The notes beneath the pieces are model-generated. The model was not told the origin of the DNA. It did not search any database and saw nothing but the letters and a program-made list of their open reading frames with translations. A stretch of DNA of 64,000 nucleotides from NCBI RefSeq assembly GCF_040938485.1, contig NW_027270896.1:5270001-5334000 (forward strand), in the 5' to 3' direction. Shown here one piece after another: positions 45,959 to 57,565 of the stretch (its first letter is position 1; every line of letters starts with the position of its first letter). The stretch is from Diadema antillarum (Eukaryota). A program made the translations under genes and the position numbers.

Positions 45959-47433
45959 GGGTACATGCAGGTAATATGAGACTATTAAGCTCATTTGCAT
46001 AAATGGCATGAAGATGCATACAGAGAAACCCATCAAACTTTGTTTTCGGGAATTAGCAACTATTCATCCTTCCTTTTATATAGCATTTGCACCAATCAAA
46101 TATTTTTGTTGACAGTTAATATGCAAATTATGACATCATCGCAGAAGTCTCATATTACCTGCATGTGCAGGTAATATGAGACTCTGCATGGTAGACATTG
46201 TGTCAATGTTAAAACGACAATCTTATGTCTTAAATTCATGACTTTTTTCTATTGGTGTTGTTTGACTATTTAATTTTAATAGATACCATGTGATTATTAT
46301 CTAAAACTGAGACAAATAACACAATTTTAAGCCAAAAATTGATTTTAAGCATGAAACGCCATTTTCCGTGTGTTTGTACACAAATCTCAGAAATTCTAAA
46401 ATTTGACGCCGACATGAGATTTCATTACCGACATGAGATTATTACGTAAAGGTCTTTTACTTTTATTTTTACAAAATAGGTATCAAATGTTGCACAAAAG
46501 TTCAAAGAAAAAAAAGATAATCCTGATGGGCATTTTGTTATATCTTATTATTCTTTCTTCTTTTTTTTTTGCAACTGAGCTAGGCCTGGCCTACCTCAGT
46601 TGCAAAAAGAAAATTGAATAAAAAAATAATAAAAACCGCGGAAATATCACACAAAACGTTGAGACCCCAGTCTTTTATGGTTAAAACTATGAAAATTGTG
46701 AATTCAAATGTTTGAAGTAATCGTGTACAGTATCTAACACATATAAAATAACACTTAAACTAAAGATTATAGCACACCAAATTAATTGTGGCATTAATTT
46801 GGAAGCACCCTATCTAAAGTACACAAATATTAATTTACATACATGTTCATATAGCTGTGTGTTGTGCTTTGTGATACATTTTTTATATACTTTGAATATA
46901 AAAAACTGTCAGAGAAGAAAATGAGGTATTTTGATGTTGGCTTCTATCTAATTAGGCAAGTCAGTTGAAATCAGAGATGTCAATAAAACTTGTCCGCCAT
47001 ATTGACGTCTCATATTACCTGCAGCTTGTTGGGTCTTGTTGGTCCCCTTTGAAGCCATATAACACATATTTAGTACAGTACATAGACCAAAACACACTTT
47101 CTTTGGTGAAACCAATCAATGAGCTTACGTAAAATGCAAAGAATTGATTTCACACACAATAACTTTACTTACACCAGTGTAATTGGTGAAATGTCAAATC
47201 TTATATCAAGGCTAAAAAATACTGTAATTTTTACATATCTTTTCAGTATTTGGTGATATTCTCACCAAACTTTCAGTCAGCGAGCAGGAAAATCATCAAG
47301 AACTAAGCACAGTGATGATATAAAACTATAGATGGCGCTATATGCATTTTGGAAGTGGTTCAGGTGGAGTAATAAGGGTTTTTAAGTCACGCGTGCCATA
47401 TTACCTGCAGTCTCATATTACCTGCATGTACCC
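45959..47433. mobile_element. 1475-bp non-autonomous DNA transposon with perfect 25-bp TIRs and TA flanks
   Basis: GGGTACATGCAGGTAATATGAGACT / AGTCTCATATTACCTGCATGTACCC; absent at the homologous site ~37217-37224; no long ORF. Confidence 0.88.
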
Positions 47434-47720
47434 TATGTTGAATTCAGCAACCCGTATTGCAGGTTATTACTCGTCTCCAGGAAAGAACACCACCTACATT
47501 ACTGCCATCAACGTGATTAACATAATTAGATAAGTATCATAGCAAAGCAGACATGATAAACGTTAGAATTCTGTATCAGCGTGCAAAGCGAAGCCCTGAC
47601 ACGTTCTTACCGATCTGGATGGTAATTGCCGGGGGAAAAAATCCCATCGAAAATGAATGTGCTTGAGGAGAATTTAGACTCTCTCTTCGTCGGTGAAAGA
47701 AGTCAAGATTAGGAGTATTA

Positions 47721-47954
47721 CCTCGCCGTTATCTCTGATTTTGACCGTCTCTTCTTGAAGCAGCTGCATACGAGTTGAAATTTTTGACATGTCAATCAGT
47801 GGAAACGAACATCATTAATATAGCTGCCACCGTCTAAAAATGGGGAGGGGGAGGGAGGGAGGGTAACCCCTGCGCATGCTCACCTTGTTAGAAAATCATG
47901 ACATAGTACTAATGTCAACTAACGCCCATTTTGAGGTATACTTGGGGCATGCGC
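47721..47954 (-). promoter_or_regulatory. Predicted promoter and non-coding first exon of GPCR3
   Basis: Donor AG|GTAATA at 47721, TGCGCATGCTC at 47871-47881, GCATGCGC at 47947-47954; acceptor CATCGCAG at 45012-45014. Confidence 0.65.
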
Positions 47955-49452
47955 TTTTCAGGTTGATGAATAATTTCGCTAAAAGCGATATCTAAACATT
48001 ACAATGTATCCAAAGTGGGGAGAATTTAACGAAAATTTACTTTGTGTAGTTTTTGCAGATCGTTGTTATTGTTATTGCCATATAAATGTTAATTGTTTTG
48101 AACTAACCTGACCACTGGTGCTAACAATGAAATGAGATAGCTGCTAGCACAGTCATGTAAGTACCCATTCAAAGGGATTACTTTTAAGATATTTTTGTGC
48201 CCTAATCTGATAGTCGTAATTTGATTCTTGATTTATCATATTTAAACATAGCAGTTTAGGTTTAACTTTCATGAATTTGATTTTCTTCCTGACATTGCTC
48301 TGTTTATGAATGTATCATGAGAACAGGAAGGGAATGATTTTTGTCGATCATTCAATGTTCTGCCGACATATAAGCTTAAGTCATCCGGAAATCCACGTAT
48401 TTTTCAATCCAGAAGAGTTTTGAAAATTAGTGCTTATATGACAGTGGCGCCTGCTGATATGACTTAGAATGGGATTCACAAGATCATGCCAAAATATAAA
48501 CGCAATGTATGGTGATTAAACCGAATTTCTCTCTTCGCGTAAGAGTAGGCCTATACAGCTAACATCAATTGCAGAACTGAGTTCTGATGCGTGCAATTTA
48601 CAATCAATATTTCAGAACTTAGCTAACAACATCCTTAAGACGCATAAATGATTCCCTGGTTGATTCCATGACATTCCTCACAGCCACTTTCTTTGACTTC
48701 ACATATTCTAAACAATACATGAAACTGTGAGAAAATCTGATAGATTTCTGCGTGTATCCTTCAATATATAATTATGTTGATATCTTTTTATTCAAGTGGA
48801 CATCAAACAATATCTCATTCGTTGGTTTCAGCAGGGAAGATACGATGACTTGCACACACTAGCTCTTTATCAGTCATATTCTAATCTTATTTCTAAGTAC
48901 GAATGCTTTTCAGACGTTTGTATGATGTTGAGACTGTAATAATTTACAATTGGCACATTCACCTCATATTTATTGCATTTATCTTTACTTGAGGCACAAA
49001 TAGGACAAGGCAATGTCTGTGGATGTTTAAGCTATAGAACTCGTAGATGGCTGTAAACTGGCTGTTTTTGAAAGAAAAAAAAGTGAATTAATCAAAACTT
49101 TGCGAAAACCCAGTCATCAAGAAGAACCTTGTAAACAAATTTCCTTACACTGTTTTTTTTTTTCTTGTGCACTACTGACAAGTTATCATTTTCCTACGTC
49201 TGTACGTCGCATCGAGTCCAAGGCAAATGTGCTCCATGAATATCATTTTGTTTCTCCATGTAATTGAATTGAAATAAATTAGGGCCACCGTCCTAGTCAA
49301 CAATTTGTTTTGAGCATTTTCTCTCTCGCGGTAATTTTAAAATTAATTATATCTGTAAGTTTCTTTTATATGATTTCCTATTATATTTTGTGAAATATCA
49401 CACATATAAATATTGCTCAATCGACACTAACATAGGGGGGGGGGGGGATCCT

Positions 49453-50075
49453 TTCAAAGGGGAAATCCGGTCCAAATATAAGTTAATCTGGTAAGAAAGA
49501 GTAAATTATTACGAGTTCAACGGTATAATTTTGATCGAAATCCGATGTAAAATAAGAATGTTATGACATTTTAAATTTTCTAAATGTTTTTCGGGAAAAA
49601 AGTGTTTGAACAGTTGATATATGAACATGCAAATGAAAAAGTGACCATGTCATTTCCTCACAAACTGCCATGTAGTTTGTACATAAAATTTTGAAATTTC
49701 CAGTTTTTCGTTCAAACGCAATTATATGCCGGAGGCTCTATTCCTCGTATATGGAAACTGATCACTATTCTGGAGTTATTCAACCAGAAATAACATCATG
49801 TTTCAGACTTCAAAGGCAGAAAAATTGAACTTTCTTCTCTTTTTTTTTTGTACAGGATCAACGGAAAATTATGAGGTTATGACATGGATAGCTCACTCAT
49901 TTGCATATTCATATCCACAGCACAAGAACTGTTTTGCAGAAATTAGCAAAACTTCAAAACGTCATTATCTTCCTTATTTGTCATCCGATTTCAGTCTAAT
50001 TCTTTTACAGTTGAACTCGTAAGATTTTATTCTTTTTTATTTGATTGATATATTTTGGCTAGATGTCCCTTTTAA
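49453..50075. mobile_element. ~620-bp TTAA/Kolobok-like palindromic element
   Basis: CAAAGGGGAAATCC...GATGTCCCTTTTAA ends; AAATCCGATGTAAAATAAG / CTTATTTGTCATCCGATTT inverted subtermini. Confidence 0.65.
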
Positions 50076-50435
50076 AGAGCAATGATACGAAGAAAAAAAA
50101 AACTACTTCGAGTAAACGAGGTCATATTCCAGCTAGCATAAATCCTTCTTCCACCGTCACTCGTTTCAAAGCATAATAGATACAAAATTAGTATTTGATT
50201 TAATCAATTTTATTATCAATATAATTATTATGATTATATTACAATCAAACTAACCTGCTTCCACATTCAAGATTTCAGTTGCATGTAAAATGGCTGATGT
50301 GTCATTCTTTAACGCTATTTACAAACCAACAATTATTTCGATGGTATTTCAAGCTCGAGAAACCCCCTAGTCTAAAGTGCGTTGTTCTTATTTCAAGAAA
50401 TTCAACCAAATTCATCATGAAATTACCATCTATCT

Positions 50436-50822
50436 TTAAAGGGATTGTATAATTTTAGTTGAGATGTAATTTCAGGTTCTTAAATATTTTGGTGAGATAA
50501 TGAGAAACCTCTTATGAAATATGAAACAGCATGTAATTCCAAGAGGAATTTAACGTTTATTTGATGAAAATAGGTTTTGAAATGGCTGACAAATCCAAAA
50601 CAGTGATTCGAATAAAAGGTGGAGCCCAACTTTTATTACAATTGCTTTGTTTTCCTTTGTTTTTTGATGTCTCAGGGATTCCAAAGCCGATTTTCATCAA
50701 ACAAACTTTGAATTCCTCTTAGAATGGTTTGCTCTGTGCAATTTCATAAGTGGTTTCCTGGTATCTTGCAAAAAGTTAAAAGGCCAATTCTCATCTCCAC
50801 CAATAGTATACCACCCCTTTAA
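50436..50822. mobile_element. TTAA/Kolobok-like MITE family A
   Basis: TTAAAGGGATTGTATA...TATACCACCCCTTTAA with the family core. Confidence 0.8.
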
Positions 50823-50831
50823 GTCACCCTA

Positions 50832-52013
50832 CACTCTTATTTCTGCCGAGTCAAAATTTCAACTCTGAATCCGAGTCAAAAAAAATTCACTCCCATCCGT
50901 GTAAATTTAATACCAACCGTGTACTTTCTGACTCAAATCCGAGTTATCATTTTGGTTATCGGACTTTTTACACCTGCGCAGAGTCACATCAGAAATACCC
51001 AGCGCGGTGTACGTGACATACGCGCGCTACAATTGGACAAAACATGTCATGTGTCCTATGTGACGTAGTACCCCCGCGAAAAAAAAAAAAAACGTCATTT
51101 CTCGACGATCCGCCGCGGCCGCGAGATGTCTTGCAACTTTTTGTCTTCAAGATGGACAACTTTGTGTGTACTTTTCTAGAGGAATGCGGAATGGAGGAAT
51201 ACATAGGAGCTTTCATCTGTGAGTACCCACCTCATTCACAACACTCATATAAATAATTGCCTGAAACATGGTTTAAACAGTGAGTTTTATTTAGGGCAAA
51301 ATGAACTTTCGACACGAACATATTGACTGGTAATGGCGTAGCCGTAGGCGGCCGTACGGTAGCTCGTACCTTTTGTACGTAGCCTTGGGCTATATGCCAT
51401 ACGTTAGAACCAATCTACAATAGATGTGAACCTACCTAGCTACACCTCCACTGTACATGCATACAATACACATATATACGATCTTGATTGCTAATTCGAG
51501 CTACCGTACGCCGCCTACGGCTACGCCATTACCAGTCAATGTGTCCGTGTCGAAAGTTCATTTTGCCCTAAATAAAACTGACTGTTTAGACCATGTTTCA
51601 GGCAATTATTTATATGAGTGTTGTGAATGAGGTGGGTACTCACCGATGAAAACTCCTATGTATTCCTCCATTCCGCATTCCTCTAGAAAAGTGCACACCA
51701 AATCCGAGTCATTACTACACCAAAATGGGTTACTTACAATGCGGGAAACGACACCGTATCAGAGTGAAATTGTGATCTTTTGATTCGGAAATCCGTGTCA
51801 TTTTGCTGGAATAGATTGCACCTAACTGACCCCATTTCCGAATCAAATTTGACACTTTCCGAGTTAATTTGGCGCCACAGAAATGACTCGGAAAATGACT
51901 CGGAATCCGAGTGAAATCATTTGACTCGGAAGGAGTTGACTCCCAGCTGGCGCCATTTCCGAGTCACATTTCACACTTTCCGAGTTATTTTTGACGCCGC
52001 AGAAATAAGAGTG
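50832..52013 (+). mobile_element. 1182-bp CACTA/EnSpm-like non-autonomous element with internal 206-bp fold-back
   Basis: TIR CACTCTTATTTCTG / CAGAAATAAGAGTG with TA on both sides; many CCGAGTC/GACTCGG subterminal repeats; inverted arms 51161-51366 and 51497-51702. Confidence 0.8.
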
Positions 52014-52094
52014 TATGTTTTATGTTTAGTCTGAGCACGTTCAGGTATTTGAGGTCACGTTCATACTAAGACCTATCCAAGTCAGTGCTTTCTA

Positions 52095-52276
52095 GGCCCC
52101 ATTTCATAAAAGATGTTAGGATTGCACCTCTTGCTCGAATGGCAGCTGTTTTTGATTGGCTGTTGCAAATAGCAACAGCCAATCAGGAAGCTGGAAACTC
52201 GCTGTTACCATGACGATTGCCATTCTAGCAAGGAAGGGTTACTTTCATATCATATTTTTTTGAATTAGATGGGGCC
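52095..52276. mobile_element. ~180-bp palindromic MITE, Harbinger-like ends
   Basis: GGCCCCATTTCATAAAA...TTTTTGAATTAGATGGGGCC; internal GATTGGCTGTTGC / GCAACAGCCAATC palindrome. Confidence 0.5.
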
Positions 52277-53186
52277 CAGATGTTTTATTGATGTGAAGGT
52301 AAGTGATAAACGTAGTTGCTAATTTACATAAAATGTAGATGCACACACAAACACACATACAGTCACTCTTTTATGATTTGCATACATTATGTACATAAGG
52401 TGCTTCATCACGTTACCCGTCCGTGTAAAGTCAGATATAAAGGAAAGAAAAATAACTAGAAAACCGATTTTGGCCATTAAAAGATGGCATTACAGTTATG
52501 TGACTATCAATCATTTCATTTTTGAAAAAAAAAAAATAGGCAAATTACTTTTCGATTTAAAGCTTTAAATACCATATAAAATTAATGGGAATTAAATATC
52601 GCAACATCACGTAGGCCCTATTGTGACTGAACAGTTGTTGAGGCATTCTAGTTCAAGCACCATGAGCGCCCTTCAACCGGCGATATTCAAGAAACCGTTA
52701 CCATCACCATCATCATCATCTCGAAAATTAGTTTCTGGAGGAAAAAAGAAAAACTCCATAGACATAGGCTATAAGAAGAGATTGATCGCAACACAATTGG
52801 AGCCCCAATTTTAAACATTTTAAGAACGTCCACCATCAGCCAGAGCACAATGAAACCTTTCAAATGCTTTAGACAGCTCACTTCTTGCTTAACAATCTTT
52901 TTCTTGAAGTTATGATTACAAGTATCCCATATTGCTGAAATATTGTCTGTGTTTTTTTCGAGTAGGTTTAGTTGAAGATATCTCAAAATCTCAAAAGTAA
53001 ATTTCTTTTCCAATGAAAATCTCCATATATACATTGTACTATATAAATAACACTAACTTTTTACTAGTTTCCGAATTTATCATATCTATATGAAACATTC
53101 ATAATGTACGACATAATTTTATATACAGGCTACCTACATCACATATGTACATGTATAAGACACAAACTCAAGACGACATATCATAT

Positions 53187-53221
<35 letters not shown>

Positions 53222-53416
53222 CCTTCATTCTATGGCAATGTGTGATTTCCATCTGATACTCGTATTGTTGCATATGAAAGGTCGCTACTATGTCCAGAGT
53301 CAACTCGTGTAACTGATACTCGAAAATCATTTTCTTTTTCTCAATTAAAAATCATAACATTAATATTGCAGGCTATGTAAATTCTTTGATTGTTATGATG
53401 GCTTAATCCTACTTTC

Positions 53417-54532
53417 TCAGATTAAGCCACTCACAGAGGAGGCATTGGTAATCTGAGTACTAACCCCCGAACGGTGAACGATGGCCTGATCAAAAAGTGG
53501 CAACTTCGTCTTGGACAGTCCTTTGGTGAAGACGTCCTTGATGGCCGTGCGAAACTTAGGGTACCGAGCTGCGTAAATGAAGGGATTAGCTGTCGAGTTG
53601 ATGAAAGCAAGAAAGTTAAAGACGTAGTAGATAGGGCTGAACAAATACGATCCGAGGGTTCCTCGAAGGCCTGTTATCATTAACATGAGGTGGTTTGGAC
53701 CCAGACTCAGGATAAAAACTGCTACTATAGTAGCGGTCATCTTCACTATGCTGTTGCGAGCTGTGAGGTGGATGGATGGGACACCCCCTTTCTGAGCAGA
53801 CAAAACGTTATTCAGTTCTTTGTGCTGTCGATGTAGAACCAAGGCTGTCAGGACCTGCGTAACGACCATGGTGAGCACGGGGAAACCCACGCGGGCAAAG
53901 AAAAGATAGATAGCAATGTCAATTTTCACATTCATCGGTTTTGTGTCCTGGCACCTGTTACCTATGACTTCAACTTTGATATTATGAGCAGAAGAAGGTA
54001 TGGAAAGTATGCCAACGACGGCCAGGAAAATGTACACTCGTCGCTTCGTGATGACATGGTGACGGTGTAGAGGATATGCCACCGCCACGAAACGCTCCAC
54101 GGACATGCCTGCTAGGATGTAGGCAGACGAGAAGGCGAATATCCACAGCAGGTAGCTTGGGTATATCACCTTGCAGTATAAAGAACCTGCAATCGTATCT
54201 GGCACGCGCTGAGCCATCGGAACTGGGATCATTACCACGGACGTCAAGAAATCGGCCACCGCAAGCGCCAAGATGAAAACATCCATTGAGTACCGGGCCG
54301 TCTGTCGCCCGGCCAGGACAAGAATCACTAGAAAGTTACCGACACTTCCTACCAATGAAAACATCAGCTGGAGCAGGCTTGTCCAGGACCAGGTCATACT
54401 CCACATCCATTCACTGGTCTCCTCTTGGAGCCTTGGAAGGGTTCCTATGGCAACCTCTGTCGTATCCACTTCAACTGTCATCGCTGTGTATGACAGCGTG
54501 CCAGAATTATCAGCATGCGTTGGCGGTTCCAT
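53417..54532 (-). CDS. Class A GPCR paralog 4 (371 aa)
   Basis: Intact ORF with the same motifs (LAVADF, MSVERF, INSTANPFIY). Confidence 0.95.
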   Translation of the reverse strand: MEPPTHADNSGTLSYTAMTVEVDTTEVAIGTLPRLQEETSEWMWSMTWSWTSLLQLMFSLVGSVGNFLVILVLAGRQTARYSMDVFILALAVADFLTSVVMIPVPMAQRVPDTIAGSLYCKVIYPSYLLWIFAFSSAYILAGMSVERFVAVAYPLHRHHVITKRRVYIFLAVVGILSIPSSAHNIKVEVIGNRCQDTKPMNVKIDIAIYLFFARVGFPVLTMVVTQVLTALVLHRQHKELNNVLSAQKGGVPSIHLTARNSIVKMTATIVAVFILSLGPNHLMLMITGLRGTLGSYLFSPIYYVFNFLAFINSTANPFIYAARYPKFRTAIKDVFTKGLSKTKLPLFDQAIVHRSGVSTQITNASSVSGLI

Positions 54533-56124
54533 TGAAACTGAACTTTGGTGTTGAGTGATTTAAGGCTTTGAATCTCAGATGACAGCAGGACAAATTGCTG
54601 TCCCGCGTGAGCGCATTCAGTCTCTCCGCTAATCTTCAGTAGTAACCAGTGGTCCTGCCAAGTGTAAGGAGACAAGGAAACTAGTTACAGAAACTTTAAC
54701 CTCCATATCATAGAAAACTACGCCAACCTTTCTAAACGCTAATTGAAGCCTATCTTTCATTAAATCATCTTTTACCAGTTATTTTGACAATTAATTCCAC
54801 CAATTTAACAAAATTAACTTCTTTAGATATCGTAAATCTTTAGAGGGTTTGCTATTAGCTTCTTTAAAAGAAGACTGATATGCTTAGAGTTTAAGCAGAA
54901 ATCGATCGACACCATTTATATTGGCAGTCCATTTTCACTGTTAACTCCTTGATGCTAAAGAATAAACCGGAAAAGCCGCAAAGAACCTAGAGGACATTCC
55001 GGTGAAGAAAAAATATTAGTTTCGCCAGATTGCGGAATGCACAACAATTGAACCAAAATGGTGCTGATTTTCTATAAGTTAAGACAGCATTTCATGTATT
55101 CATCTTTCGCGTCTTTCCAGCGTTTCCTGCAAAATCAGTTTATTTGGAAATTCCGACGAATTGATCCTGCTTTTAAAATTGACTCTGCTTTGGCGCAGTA
55201 AATTCTCTCGACACGCTGTGGGGCGATATGAAAGAATCATTTAAGGAGCGGTGTCTTTCAATGCACATGATATCATTCATTCATTCTCACCTCCATCTGA
55301 ATACGGAGAAAAGATATAGAGTTCATAGGCTCGATTCTTTCCAACAACATCACTCACGGACAAATCAGTTTGTTACAATATTGCAAAGTATGCATTCTGT
55401 TTCTCACTACATTATCATTCGTTAATTATATTTTGCATCATACTCAATGATTTTCCCTTTCAAATTGTCGAGCACTCGAATTGATAAATTATCACCTTGT
55501 ATTTTGTATTTTCTATAATTGATAAAATTAAATAGACAATTGAATTGAATTAAATTTCGTAATAGCAATTCGTATTTTGAAATCGTGAGTTTATTCCTTA
55601 TGCACTAAAAATGAACTACTTTTCCCTAAACATAGAGGAATCATCATTCATAATCTTATGGGCAGTCTGTTTTGGTTTGCTTTGTTTTTAGATGGTCAAG
55701 TACAATATTATTCTTACAACTCGTTTGACAGGCATATGAATTAAAGTAATAGTAAAGTAGAATATTTTATAAGCCATGACGATACAAATATTTTGGTGGC
55801 TAGCACGACGGAAAGCAAAGTAATCTATGTTAAATCTAACATGTGAAGTATACTTGGAGTCAACTGTGTGCTGCTCTAATAAACCGGTCTGTGGCACACA
55901 CATCTCCTATCAATACAATCAGATAAACATCATGCCAAAATAGAAATGCTAAACATTAAAAATTAAAAGCCTTGACACATTCGTGTCGATTGCGTCAGGG
56001 TCAATATCTTATATCGATCATAAGAAAGAAGAAAACCGAATGCGCACCGAAAATTGACATGTATTAAAGTAAGACTGAGTATTTTCTATAAGAAGCAAAT
56101 AAGGTTTTCAAATGAAAAGTATTA

Positions 56125-56374
56125 CCTTAAAGTTGTCTCTGCTCTGACCGTCTGTTCTTCATGCAACTGCAGGCCTGTTGTCAACTTTGGTATGTCACAG
56201 TGAAAACGTGCATCCAGCGATCGTGACTGATATAGGGGCTCCATAAATGAAGGGGTATAAAAGAGGTTCGGAAGTAGAGGGACTTAAAGGTGACCTATGC
56301 GCATGCTCATTAGAAAATCATTACATGGCATTAATGTCAACCATGGACCACAATGACGTTCGTTGAGCATGCGC
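56125..56374 (-). promoter_or_regulatory. Predicted promoter and non-coding first exon of GPCR4
   Basis: Donor AG|GTAATA at 56125, TGCGCATGCTC at 56298-56308, inverted GAGCATGCGC at 56365-56374; acceptor TTGGCAG at 54655-54657 after a pyrimidine tract. Confidence 0.6.
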
Positions 56375-57519
56375 TTTGCAATATCTAGACTGATTTCGTA
56401 AAGAACATAAAAAAATCTTGAAAGATGTGGGAAATCTTTCTGCACACAACTTGTTTTATATTTCATGTGGACTGTCGTGCATTTTACTCTCGTCCAAATA
56501 TTCCGTAACTACAATAGTATCATAAAGAAGTCAGAGTGGTTGATGTCCACTGTCGTAATTGCACAAAGTGGTTAAACAAAAGGGGCGTCGGCTATTACAC
56601 CGCCAGAGAAAAGAAGACTCCGTTTGCATATTGTCAGGGTAGCGCATCAACGGAACTCACGCTAATGGACTAAAATGTTACCAAATACTAGGACATGACA
56701 AGTGCCACGAATAATGACTGTGCCATTGAATGTAGAATGTTAAACAGTTTGATGACAACTTTGAGGAAAGTGCGGCATTCGTTTAAAACGTCAAGATTTA
56801 GTTAGTCTTTATATTTTGACATCCAAACTTAGACCTTAGCTTTTTTTTGTATTTGTATGCATTGAGGAGTACTTCTTTTTCTTCCGGGAAAATGAATTTG
56901 ATAATGCATCTGTCACAACAAACCAAGAACACTGTATGAAGAAAGAGAAAATTAGAGAGTCTATCACGTGCCCTGGGCACACAGACGTTTGGCAATAAAT
57001 TCAAGTTAGTAAGAAAAGTTTTTTTCTTTCATAATTACTGCAAATATAACTCGTGGAAATGATCACACTCCATTTCCCATTCTATGCACTTTCGCTCAAT
57101 AATGAAAGAGGACACCTATAGTGCATCCATTATGCATGCATGATATTTCATCACCCTCAACTACGTCTCCATTACAGGAAAAAGCAGAATATAACCGAAC
57201 GTGGGCATGATAGAGTGCGATATATTACCTGAGAGTATACGGTATTCATATTTTTCCTTCTTCTATCAAACGCAAGTTAGTGAGAGGTCAACTGCTGGAC
57301 TATAAGATATCAATTCAAAGAAATGTTCTGCGGGAAATGTATACAGAAATGGAGGCGCACGGACGGAGGTTTGATAATGCGAAAGGGATGTATACGTGCG
57401 ATGTACCGTAATAAACGCATATCCTCTTTCTGAACAACATCGCGCTAGATATTGGCTATAACAGTATCAGGAAAGAGAAAAGTTACTCAACGAGATGTCA
57501 ATCACAGCATTATTGACAT

Positions 57520-57565
<46 letters not shown>

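Noticed and set aside
48300-49050. Possible ancient coding remnant on the minus strand
   Set aside because: Short stop-interrupted peptides with no motif I can recognise.
56256-56262. TATAAAA box in the GPCR4 promoter region
   Set aside because: It is on the plus strand, opposite to the gene, and is not conserved in paralogs 1-3.
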